Positions 1 to 7,915 of a DNA stretch of 11,967 nt are shown in pieces. Position 1 is the stretch's first letter; every line of letters starts with the position of its first letter. Source of the DNA: Thermodesulfobacteriota bacterium (lineage in GTDB: Bacteria > Desulfobacterota_D > UBA1144 > Nemesobacterales > N074bin48); assembly GCA_041572575.1 (NCBI GenBank), contig JBFFSH010000080.1, positions 1 through 11,967 of the forward strand. Reading direction: 5' to 3'. The position numbers and the translations under genes were made by a program. The notes beneath the pieces are model-generated. The model saw only the letters and a list, made by a program, of their open reading frames with translations, made no database searches and was not told the DNA's origin.

Positions 1-60
1 AACTTCTGCATGTCTTAAATATCTTATTATCTGCTCTGGTGTGTAACGCTTTCTGGGCAT
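1..60 (-). CDS. IS3-family transposase OrfA, N-terminal 20 aa (truncated by the window edge)
   Basis: Manual translation gives MPRKRYTPEQIIRYLRHAEV, matching the typical OrfA HTH start 'KR(Y/F)TxEQIIxxLrEAE'. AGGAGG lies 8 nt upstream of the ATG. Confidence 0.88.
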   Translation of the reverse strand, partial: MPRKRYTPEQIIRYLRHAEV

Positions 61-139
61 TTCCCTTGCCTCCTATTCATAGGGTTTATTACCTAAAATT
101 CTAACTTATAATCTGGTACTATTATATGGGGCAAGGTCA
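1..139 (-). mobile_element. Left end of an IS3-family insertion sequence (probably IS407-like group), continuing beyond the window start
   Basis: The minus strand from 139 reads TGACCTTGCCCCATATAATAGTACCAG..., a 5'-TG terminus resembling the TGACCTGCCCC-type ends I recall for IS407-group elements. It is followed by AGGAGG (69-74) and a transposase-like ORF start at 60. The host reading frame ends exactly at this terminus. Confidence 0.85.
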
Positions 140-481
140 GTTTGGTACTCGTCTGTGATCAATGTTTTTGTCAGGTCTTGTTAATCCCCAAATTTTCTTA
201 GAAGGGTAAGCACTAAAATTGGCTTTCATATCTTCATGAACTAGCTTTTGCAGATCGGCGCCGATTTTACGGTATGAACGTATAATAACATCTGTGCATA
301 CTCCGACATTCTCCGGTACGTCACCACCTGGATAATCGATGGAATAGTATGATCCATCATAGCGTATTTCATGTTTTGTTCTTTCTATAGCCGAATTTAT
401 AAGGTCTTGTCCAAAACTTGCGGTAAAAGAAGTGTTTGAGAGAAGCAGTACTAAAATGGTCAGGTTTAGTAGCAAAATCAT
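137..481 (-). pseudogene. DUF1287 (YijF-like) exported protein, 5' part, interrupted by the IS
   Basis: Signal-peptide-like N-terminus and family motifs YDGSY, YPGGDVP, GVCTDVIIRSYR, DLQKLVHEDM and NIDHRRVPN. Family members normally continue well beyond HRRVPN. Here the TGA stop is formed by the first three IS bases. Confidence 0.85.
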
Positions 482-602
482 ATTTTTACTAACTTCTGAG
501 TTACTGTAGTGTTACACAAACCGGTTATTTCTCCTTCAAATGTGAGAGGCTCTCTCATAAAAATCTCTCTTATTTTCTAATTGGCTGCTAATAAGATAAA
601 TA

Positions 603-1403
603 TCACAACTCATAACCAAGAGTCTTCATAAGTGGTCCGCATTTATTTATAACCATATTTTGATCTTCTGCATTCCATTTTTCAAATTGTTCATATTTAC
701 CCTCTTCTCTCACGGGTTTATTTGCATTAACCGGCGGGATTTTCTGAGTTGATAATTTTAGGTTCATAAATTGCTCTAATGAGTCGATATTGCCTTTGAT
801 TAGGTCAGAGAATTTAAGAGAAATATATTGTTCGCCCTCTAAGTCATCGAGTATTAGCTGGTTATAATTAGTCCAGTAATTGCAAGACCGCTCGAGTATG
901 GAGCTTTCTGGAGATCCACACAGTTTAACACTGTTATAGCGTACACGGCCGCTGTTCCAGGTGATTTCGATTGGCTTTGAAAATGCAGATGGAAACAGGT
1001 CCCTGGGGTCTCTGTGAAGATGTATAAACCGGCAGTCCGGGAAACACTGTTTTAAAACCTTTGTCATTGAGAATAGGCGATTATTTGCTTCAAAAAAAAC
1101 GTTTTTTCTTGTATGTATTAATAATTGGCTGAGCCTTCTATCAGATACTTTGCCTTCATAATGAAATATTCCCAGTTCATCCAAATCGGGACATTTCTCA
1201 TGGTAACAACCTTCAACTTCGTTAGCTTTAAGGAGTTCTACGATGTACATTGAACCACAACTGCCAGCGTTTTGGCAGAAGTAGCGAAGGCCCGAAACTG
1301 GCTGTAAATTAACCGGTATGTAGTAAGGCCAGAAATGCTGGAAGCTTTTTGCTTACTTGATTAAATTAAAGATCGCCGTGCGTAATAATGTTCTTAATTC
1401 CAT
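603..1403 (-). pseudogene. Sulfotransferase-fold (P-loop) protein with an in-frame stop near the 5' end; the ORF track shows only 603..1250
   Basis: FIHLHRDPRDLFPS resembles the 3'-phosphate-binding motif. The frame stays open upstream of Met 1250 through YFCQNAGSCGSMYIVELL (5'-PSB loop-like) to TAA at 1353-1355, and an in-frame ATG lies at 1403 (MELRTLLRTAIFNLIK*AKSFQHFWPYY...). Confidence 0.65.
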
Positions 1404-1523
1404 AAAAATTGATTTATGTATATGATCCGTAATTTTGAAGTGGTCTCATTATAAACGTTTGTATAGTAATTTAAAATTCTTATATAAATATCCTCGTTAA
1501 TGCTTAAATAAAGAAGAAATAGA

Positions 1524-2315
1524 CTATTTGCCTGTAAAAGCCGGTTTTCTTTTCTCTGAGAATGCTTTCTGTCCTTCTTTATAATCCGAGCTGTTTTGAA
1601 CTTCAAGGATCATTTTTATAAGGCTCTCTTCCTGGTCATTCTTTAAATTCTGATTTCCCTGCCATTTATTGATCATGAATTTCATGGTTTTCATAGACAT
1701 TGGTGCATTCTGAGATATTTCTTCTGCCAGGTTTAATGTGTACTCTTCAATTTCCCCAGAAGCTTTAACGCTATTAACAAGCCCAATTTTCTCTGCCTTG
1801 ATTGCATCCACCGGGTTTCCTATTAAAAACATCTCCTTTGTGTATCCAGCTCCAATCAGGTTTAGAAATTTTCTTATCCCCGCATAGGAATATAAAACGC
1901 CTAGCTTTGCCGGAGGCATACCCAGTTTTGCGTGTTCTGCACACACTCTATAATCACACGCAACTGCAATCTCGAGCCCTGCGCCAAAAGCATGGCCGTT
2001 TATCATCGCAATCACAGGGTAGGGGAAATCTTCTATACTTTTTGCGCATCTTGGAAGATAGTTGCTCCCATCCTGATTTTTAATCATATCATTTTCGCCA
2101 ATAGCATTGATGTCATAACCGGATGAAAATGCCTTGTTGCCCTGTCCTCTTATAACTACGCATCTGGTGTTATCCGCTTTTTCCAGTTCGGCAAGAATGT
2201 TTGTTATTCCGTCCAGAATTGATGGAGAGACAACGTTTCTTTTTTCAGGGTTATTAATTGTAATTATCGAAACATAGTCTTTGTGTTCAACAATCAATTC
2301 ACTGCTTTTTGCCAA
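1524..2315 (-). CDS. Crotonase (enoyl-CoA hydratase/isomerase) superfamily protein
   Basis: Motifs NNPEKRN, AFSSGYDI, PVIAMINGHAFGAGLEIAVACDYR and C-terminal DYKEGQKAFSEKRKPAFTGK. TTG start with GGAGG about 10 nt upstream. Confidence 0.95.
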   Translation of the reverse strand: MAKSSELIVEHKDYVSIITINNPEKRNVVSPSILDGITNILAELEKADNTRCVVIRGQGNKAFSSGYDINAIGENDMIKNQDGSNYLPRCAKSIEDFPYPVIAMINGHAFGAGLEIAVACDYRVCAEHAKLGMPPAKLGVLYSYAGIRKFLNLIGAGYTKEMFLIGNPVDAIKAEKIGLVNSVKASGEIEEYTLNLAEEISQNAPMSMKTMKFMINKWQGNQNLKNDQEESLIKMILEVQNSSDYKEGQKAFSEKRKPAFTGK

Positions 2316-2380
2316 TATTACAGTCCTCCATCTGGGAATTATTAAACAATGATATAATATATTATGCGTAAATTAACACC

Positions 2381-2408
2381 TTGACTGGAATAATATCATC
2401 ATTAGGTT
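2381..2408 (+). promoter_or_regulatory. Candidate sigma70-type promoter for the zinc-ribbon gene pair
   Basis: TTGACT (2381-2386), 16-nt spacer, TAGGTT (2403-2408), in the divergent intergenic region. The AT-rich background makes chance matches possible. Confidence 0.4.
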
Positions 2409-2445
2409 AAAATAAACAGCTTAAATTCCAGGGGAGAGTATAACA

Positions 2446-2952
2446 ATGCCACTTTTTGAATATGAATGCGATACATGCATGGAAAAATATGACAAGGACA
2501 TAGATGCCCTTGCATCCAAACTTAATAAAACGAATGCAGAGAAAATATTCAAGGGAAATTCCGGAATTGTGTATATAGAAGTCACCGACGGCAAGCGCAA
2601 GAAACCCAAGTTTACCATGGGTGAGAAAAGTGACAGAAGAAGCCTTAGAAGATTTAAATGGACTATAGATAAAGCCAATGTGCTTTATATGGAGCTTGAA
2701 GACTTTAAATTCAGCGAACTTATCTATGACAAGGAAGAGGAAAAAGATTTAAAATGTCCGCTATGTAAGAAGAAAAAGGGAGTGAGAAGAATATTTTCTA
2801 CTTTTAAAGCAATATTTGATGATAAAAACAAACGTGCTCCAAGACCAGGAGATGATTTGAAATTTCATACAGACTACAAAATCATGAAAGATGAAGAACG
2901 GTCAAGCAGCTGGGTAGGGCAGGATCATCTAAATCAATATTTTCAAAGATAA
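2446..2952 (+). CDS. FmdB-family (CxxC_CxxC_SSSS-like) zinc-ribbon protein with a large internal insertion, paralog 1
   Basis: Starts MPLFEYECDTC (C8, C11); second half FKFSELIYD...KCPLC...VRRIFSTF (C104, C107). RBS GGGGAG at 2431-2436. Confidence 0.8.
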   Translation: MPLFEYECDTCMEKYDKDIDALASKLNKTNAEKIFKGNSGIVYIEVTDGKRKKPKFTMGEKSDRRSLRRFKWTIDKANVLYMELEDFKFSELIYDKEEEKDLKCPLCKKKKGVRRIFSTFKAIFDDKNKRAPRPGDDLKFHTDYKIMKDEERSSSWVGQDHLNQYFQR

Positions 2953-2969
2953 AAAGGAGAGACAAAGAT

Positions 2970-3452
2970 ATGCCGCTTTATGAATTTGAGTGTATTCCAT
3001 GTAGAGATGGAATTGAGAAGTCATTAAAACAGATACAGAAAAAGGCTAATAACAAGATTTTATCTGATCTTGTTAAGAAATTTGATAATATATACCGTAT
3101 AGAAGTGCTTGACCTTGAAAAACAGGACCTTGTTGCAGAATATGGCAAGAAAAACGATGACGGTTCAATATTGGACTTCTATCTTGATGAGGGCACAAAA
3201 GCGGTTTTGTTCAATTCCGAAGAGTTCCGTTTTACTGATCTTATCTATGATGAGAGTGATGAAAAGAAAATAAAATGTCCTGTTTGTAATTCAAAGAATT
3301 ATGAAAAGGTATTTTCGAGCTTTGCGTTTACAAGCGATCTGTCCACTGATATGCCAAAGCCCGATATGTCAGGCATGCCGCCTGAAGTTGCTCACAGAAC
3401 AATGTTAACAGAGTATATTGAAGAAAAGGACAGACCTAAAAAGAACAGGTAG
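2970..3452 (+). CDS. FmdB-family zinc-ribbon protein with a large internal insertion, paralog 2
   Basis: Starts MPLYEFECIPC (C8, C11); second half FRFTDLIYD...KCPVCNSKNYEKVFSSF (C103, C106). RBS AGGAG at 2955-2959; starts 17 bp after paralog 1. Confidence 0.8.
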   Translation: MPLYEFECIPCRDGIEKSLKQIQKKANNKILSDLVKKFDNIYRIEVLDLEKQDLVAEYGKKNDDGSILDFYLDEGTKAVLFNSEEFRFTDLIYDESDEKKIKCPVCNSKNYEKVFSSFAFTSDLSTDMPKPDMSGMPPEVAHRTMLTEYIEEKDRPKKNR

Positions 3453-3474
3453 CTCTTATTTGTATATGAAGTAG

Positions 3475-4137
3475 TTAGTTCCTGCCATAAGATTCTTTGG
3501 TTTTACCAAACCTCTTATCAAGCTCTATGTAGATATCCTGTGGTTTAATATCAAAATAAGACATAGCAATCAGAGAGTGGAACCACAGGTCGGCAACCTC
3601 ATAGATTATCTCATCCTTATCGGCGTTTTTTGCCCCGATTATGACCTCGCCGGCTTCTTCCCCTATCTTTTTTAGTATCTTATCAATGCCCTTTTCAAAA
3701 AGCCCGCTCACATAGGAGCCTTCTTTGTTATTAGCCTTTCTGTCCTCTATAACTTTATATACGTCATCAATGGTCTTGATAGATTTAGAGCTTTTAAAGC
3801 TTGGGGATAGTTGTTTGGTATCATCAACTTTGGTAAAAAAGCAGCTTTGCTCATTAGTGTGACAGGCTACACCCTTTTGTTCTACTATATAAAGGATGAC
3901 ATCCTTATCGCAATCATAGTATGCATCCAATAATTTCTGAGTATTTCCCGATTCTTCACCCTTCATCCATACTTTATTTCTTGATCTGCTCCAGTAGTGA
4001 GCTTTTTTGGTTTCCAGGCTTTTTTCAATAGTTTCCTTTTTGCCCCAGGCAAACATGAGGACCTGTCCGTCGTCTGCATTCTGCACGATAATAGGAATAA
4101 GGCCTTTATCATCAAATTTTAGTGAATCTACGCTCAT
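3475..4137 (-). CDS. hisIE: Bifunctional phosphoribosyl-AMP cyclohydrolase / phosphoribosyl-ATP pyrophosphatase
   Basis: HisI motifs GLIP, YWSRSR...WMKGEESGNTQ, DCDKD and ACHT...SCFF. HisE motifs SYVSGLF, ILKKIGEEAGEVII and YEVADLWFH. Confidence 0.97.
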   Translation of the reverse strand: MSVDSLKFDDKGLIPIIVQNADDGQVLMFAWGKKETIEKSLETKKAHYWSRSRNKVWMKGEESGNTQKLLDAYYDCDKDVILYIVEQKGVACHTNEQSCFFTKVDDTKQLSPSFKSSKSIKTIDDVYKVIEDRKANNKEGSYVSGLFEKGIDKILKKIGEEAGEVIIGAKNADKDEIIYEVADLWFHSLIAMSYFDIKPQDIYIELDKRFGKTKESYGRN

Positions 4138-4264
4138 AATTGTTTATTATACAGAAATTAATAAGATTTTTTTAAATATTAAAACAATCAATACATTATA
4201 GTTGTATAAATCTGAATATAAAGTAAATTAATCAGTTAATAAGAAATTACATCAGGAGTATCTA

Positions 4265-4474
4265 ATGGCAAGAGTAACTATTGAAGATTGTTTGGAAAAG
4301 GTTGAAAACAGATTTGCACTATCTATTACTGCTATGAAAAGAGCAAAGCAGCTTGTTAAGGGTGCGCAGGCACTATCAACTGAAAAGGATAATAAAGACG
4401 TAGTTACAGCACTTAGGGAAATTGCTGAAGAGAAAGTAAAAGTTATTTACCCTGAAGACCCCGATCGCTATTGA
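4265..4474 (+). CDS. rpoZ: DNA-directed RNA polymerase omega subunit
   Basis: [19 protein letters not shown]...KRAKQL...[21 protein letters not shown] upstream. Confidence 0.96.
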   Translation: MARVTIEDCLEKVENRFALSITAMKRAKQLVKGAQALSTEKDNKDVVTALREIAEEKVKVIYPEDPDRY

Positions 4475-4582
4475 TCACGGATGCTATTGATAATTGACTG
4501 AGAAGTTCTTATCGTTAATTAATATTTCCCATTTAGTATATACCATACAAGACTATAGCTAAAATATAGTTCATTTCCTTAA

Positions 4583-6526
4583 ATGAGAATTGGAATTGAC
4601 ACAGGCGGTACGTTCACTGATTTTGTAGCCGTGGATCACGGCATGATAAAAGTTCATAAGGAGCTCTCAACTCCACACGATCCATCCATTGCGATAATTA
4701 ACGGCATAAAAAAACTGGTGGATGGAAACCTCGAAGATGTTGAAATATTTCACGGTACAACTGTTGCTACCAATGCACTGCTTGAAAGAAAGGGCTCGGA
4801 TGTTGCTCTTGTTACCACTGAGGGTTTTGAAGATATTATAGAGATTGGCAGGCAGAACAGAAAAGAACTCTACAATATTTTTGAAAAGCAAACAGATCAT
4901 CTTGTAAAAAGAACTCACAGGCTTGGGATAAGTGAAAGGACGGATTTTAAGGGAAAAGTCGTTAAGCCTTTAAGCGATACCGAACTTTTAAAACTTTTAA
5001 GAAAAATTAAGAAGTTAAAACCCGAGGCTGTAGCAATTTCATTAATAAATTCTTATGCCGGGGCAAAAAATGAATTGATAATAGAAAAAGCCCTAAAAGA
5101 ATTAGGTATTCCCATAAGCGGATCATCTAAAATTCTTTCAGAATTCAGGGAGTATGAAAGAACATCCACTGTTGTTATAAATGCATATCTTATTAATAAA
5201 GTCCTGGGGTATATGACAAATCTAAATGAGAAGCTAGGGCGTTCCAAGATATCTGTGCTGCAGTCTAACGGGGGACTTATAAGCACAGGGCAGGCTGGTA
5301 CAGAGCCTGTAAGGATATTGTTGTCAGGCCCTGCAGGTGGAGTAGTAGGCGCATTTAAACTGGCTGAGAACATGGGGATAACCAAAATCATGACTTACGA
5401 TATGGGTGGCACGTCAACAGATGTATCTCTTTGTGATGAGTCCATACAGTTTTCCAATCTCAACAGTGTGGACAATCTTCCGGTAAATGTTGCAATGATT
5501 GATCTTAAGACCATAGGAGCCGGAGGAGGATCTATTGCTTATGTTGATTCGGGTGGTGCTCTCAAGGTAGGTCCTGAGAGTGCGGGTGCTGATCCCGGGC
5601 CTGCCTGTTATGGAAAAGGAACTAAACCAACTGTGACTGATGCCAATGTTGTGCTTGGAAGAATAGACCCCAAATATTTCCTTGGCGGAGAAATGAGTAT
5701 CTCAAAAAAGAGATCAATAGACGCTCTTACAAGACTTTCAAAGAAGCTTAAACTCGATGTACCTACCGTAGCAGAGGGAATAGTCGAAGTTGCAAACGCT
5801 AACATGGAAAAAGCACTTAGAGTAATCTCGCTGCAAAGAGGACATGATCCAAGAGAGTTTGCCCTGTTTTCATTTGGAGGAGCAGGTGGGCTTCATGCCT
5901 GTGAGCTTGCATGTGGGCTTGGCATTTCTAAAGTGATATTTCCAAATAACCCGGGCGTGCTTTCTGCACATGGGATGCTTATTGCCGATTATTTCAGAGA
6001 CTTTAGCATGTCTGTATTTTTCAACACTGACAGGGATGACTTCAATAAGATTATGCAGGCCTTTAACAGGTTGAAAAGCAAGGCACAAAAAGATACTTCA
6101 GAACAAGAAATCGATTATGAATATTATATAGACGCAAGGTATAAGAGACAGTCACATGAATTAATTATTCCGTTTTCAAAAAAATATATTAAAGACTTTC
6201 ACACGGAACATAAGAAAAAATATGGATATTCACTAAAAAATAGTATAGTAGAAATAGTAAATATAAGATTAAGAGCCATGCGGAAAAATAAGGATATAGA
6301 TATTCCAAAGTATGTTGGAACACAAAAAAAAGTAGATTCGGTTAAGAGTGTGAGCTTTTATCAAAATCGATATATCCGCACAAAAATAATTAACAGGGAT
6401 GATTTTTACTCAGGTTTTCAGTTTGATGGTTGTGCCATAATTTTGGAAAAAACCTCTACGCTTTTTATCCCTCCTCAGTTTAAATGCACGGTGGATAATT
6501 TTGGAAATATCCTTGCAACATGTTAA
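4583..6526 (+). CDS. Hydantoinase A / 5-oxoprolinase family ATP-binding subunit
   Basis: Motifs IGIDTGGTFTD, HGTTVATNALLERKG, SGPAGG, DMGGTSTD, IGAGGGS, GPESAGADPGPACY, PTVTDAN and FGGAGGLHA. 647 aa, the size of an A subunit alone. Confidence 0.95.
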   Translation: MRIGIDTGGTFTDFVAVDHGMIKVHKELSTPHDPSIAIINGIKKLVDGNLEDVEIFHGTTVATNALLERKGSDVALVTTEGFEDIIEIGRQNRKELYNIFEKQTDHLVKRTHRLGISERTDFKGKVVKPLSDTELLKLLRKIKKLKPEAVAISLINSYAGAKNELIIEKALKELGIPISGSSKILSEFREYERTSTVVINAYLINKVLGYMTNLNEKLGRSKISVLQSNGGLISTGQAGTEPVRILLSGPAGGVVGAFKLAENMGITKIMTYDMGGTSTDVSLCDESIQFSNLNSVDNLPVNVAMIDLKTIGAGGGSIAYVDSGGALKVGPESAGADPGPACYGKGTKPTVTDANVVLGRIDPKYFLGGEMSISKKRSIDALTRLSKKLKLDVPTVAEGIVEVANANMEKALRVISLQRGHDPREFALFSFGGAGGLHACELACGLGISKVIFPNNPGVLSAHGMLIADYFRDFSMSVFFNTDRDDFNKIMQAFNRLKSKAQKDTSEQEIDYEYYIDARYKRQSHELIIPFSKKYIKDFHTEHKKKYGYSLKNSIVEIVNIRLRAMRKNKDIDIPKYVGTQKKVDSVKSVSFYQNRYIRTKIINRDDFYSGFQFDGCAIILEKTSTLFIPPQFKCTVDNFGNILATC

Positions 6527-6560
6527 TCTTGAATTCCATTAATTATAAAAGGGAGTTATT

Positions 6561-7868
6561 ATGAGTGATAAAGACACATTTATTCTGGGCGCCGGTATGA
6601 CGGGGCTTGCCGCAGGACTGGTATCGGGGCTTAGAGTTTATGAAGCAGAAGAAGTTCCGGGTGGTATATGCTCTTCTTATTATCTAAAGTCAGGGCAGAC
6701 AAAGCCACTGTTTAATTCACCTGAAGATGATGATGCTTACAGGTTTGAAATTGGCGGTGGGCACTGGATTTTTGGTGGTGACCCTGCAATAATCAAGTTT
6801 GTAAAGTCACAGGTTCCTGTGAAATCCTATAATAGAAAGTCGTCAGTCTATTTTGCAAAAGAAGATCTTTATGTTCCCTATCCAATTCAAAATCACCTGA
6901 GTTATCTTGGAAAGGATATTGCAGTAAAAGCCATTAATGAAATTGTAAATTCTCCTGATGGTCCTGTGAGTACTATGGCTGATTGGCTAGAGCAAAGTTT
7001 TGGAAAGACTCTTCTTGATAAGTTTTTTGCACCATTTCATGAACTATATACTGCGGGTCTTTGGACAGAGGTAGCCCCGCAGGATTCGTATAAATCTCCT
7101 GTTAATATAAACCTCGCCCTTCAGGGTGCATATGAAAAAATACCTCCTGCGGTCGGTTATAACACCACTTATCTTTACCCCAAACCCGGGCTGAATGTTC
7201 TTTCTCAAAAGATGGCACGTAATTGTGATATTGATTATGGAAAGAAAATTGAAGAAATTAATACAAAGAAAAAAGAAGTTTTCTTCTCTGATGGCTCTGG
7301 AAGTAAGTACAAAAACATCATTTCAACATTGCCACTGAGTACTATGCTTGGAATGACAAAAACTCAGATAGACGAGCAAAACGATCTTCATTCTTCTGTG
7401 CTTGTGTTAAATATCGGTGCTACTAAGGGGAAAAAATGTCCTGATGATCACTGGCTTTATAATCCCGACGCTGAATCGGGTTTTCACAGGGTAGGTTTTT
7501 ACAGTAATGTGGATTCTTCATTTCTTCCTGCATCATCAAGAAAGCATGAAAACAGGGTAAGTATATATGTTGAACGGGCTTATAAACCAGACTCAAAGCC
7601 AACTAAAAAGGAAATTAGCGCTTATAGTAAAAAAGTAGTAAAAGAGCTTAAGTCATGGAAATTTATTGACGAAGCAGAAACCGTACATCCAACATGGATA
7701 GAGGTTGCCTACACGTGGTCTATGCCAGGGTCAAACTGGAAACAGCTGGCTATCAGGGAACTTGAAAAGAAGGGGATTTATCAGATAGGAAGGTATGGAA
7801 GGTGGATATTTCAGGGAATAGCAGATTCAATAAAGGATGGGTTTTTTATTGGAGGGGCGTTTAAATAG
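6561..7868 (+). CDS. FAD-dependent oxidoreductase (protoporphyrinogen oxidase / UDP-galactopyranose mutase-like fold)
   Basis: N-terminal ILGAGMTGLAAG dinucleotide-binding motif, E...PGG, YRFEIGGGHWIF, VPYPIQNHL, ISTLPL and C-terminal IGRYGRW. GGGAG RBS upstream. Confidence 0.85.
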   Translation: MSDKDTFILGAGMTGLAAGLVSGLRVYEAEEVPGGICSSYYLKSGQTKPLFNSPEDDDAYRFEIGGGHWIFGGDPAIIKFVKSQVPVKSYNRKSSVYFAKEDLYVPYPIQNHLSYLGKDIAVKAINEIVNSPDGPVSTMADWLEQSFGKTLLDKFFAPFHELYTAGLWTEVAPQDSYKSPVNINLALQGAYEKIPPAVGYNTTYLYPKPGLNVLSQKMARNCDIDYGKKIEEINTKKKEVFFSDGSGSKYKNIISTLPLSTMLGMTKTQIDEQNDLHSSVLVLNIGATKGKKCPDDHWLYNPDAESGFHRVGFYSNVDSSFLPASSRKHENRVSIYVERAYKPDSKPTKKEISAYSKKVVKELKSWKFIDEAETVHPTWIEVAYTWSMPGSNWKQLAIRELEKKGIYQIGRYGRWIFQGIADSIKDGFFIGGAFK

Positions 7869-7915
7869 TTATTTGTATATATATTGAATATTAAATACAT
7901 CATTTCAATGTGTTA

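Noticed and set aside
478..537. GAAGGAG followed by a 13-codon TTG ORF (519..478, minus strand) whose stop overlaps the DUF1287 ATG
   Set aside because: Long SD spacing (11 nt), a weak start codon and no attenuator-like codon content; cannot be told from chance.
543..596. Inverted repeats TGAGAG-GCT-CTCTCA (543-557) and TCTTATT...AATAAGA (568-596)
   Set aside because: Short stems with no clear U-tract in the sense direction; insufficient to call a terminator or operator.
1394..2678. Short ORFs 1394..1606, 1802..2083, 1932..2126 and 2421..2678
   Set aside because: They overlap or lie antisense to well-supported genes and have no recognisable motifs.
2479..3224. Intein or intron explanation for the zinc-ribbon inserts
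   Set aside because: No intein C-terminal His-Asn followed by Cys/Ser/Thr, the inserts are too short, and both are open in frame and homologous to each other.
4549..4570. ACTATA-N7-TATAGT inverted repeat upstream of the hydantoinase start
   Set aside because: An AT-rich 6-bp stem seen once; expected by chance at this composition.
4007..6088. Short ORFs 4007..4201, 4667..4918, 5053..5391, 5608..5805 and 5870..6088
   Set aside because: Antisense shadows of hisIE and the hydantoinase gene.
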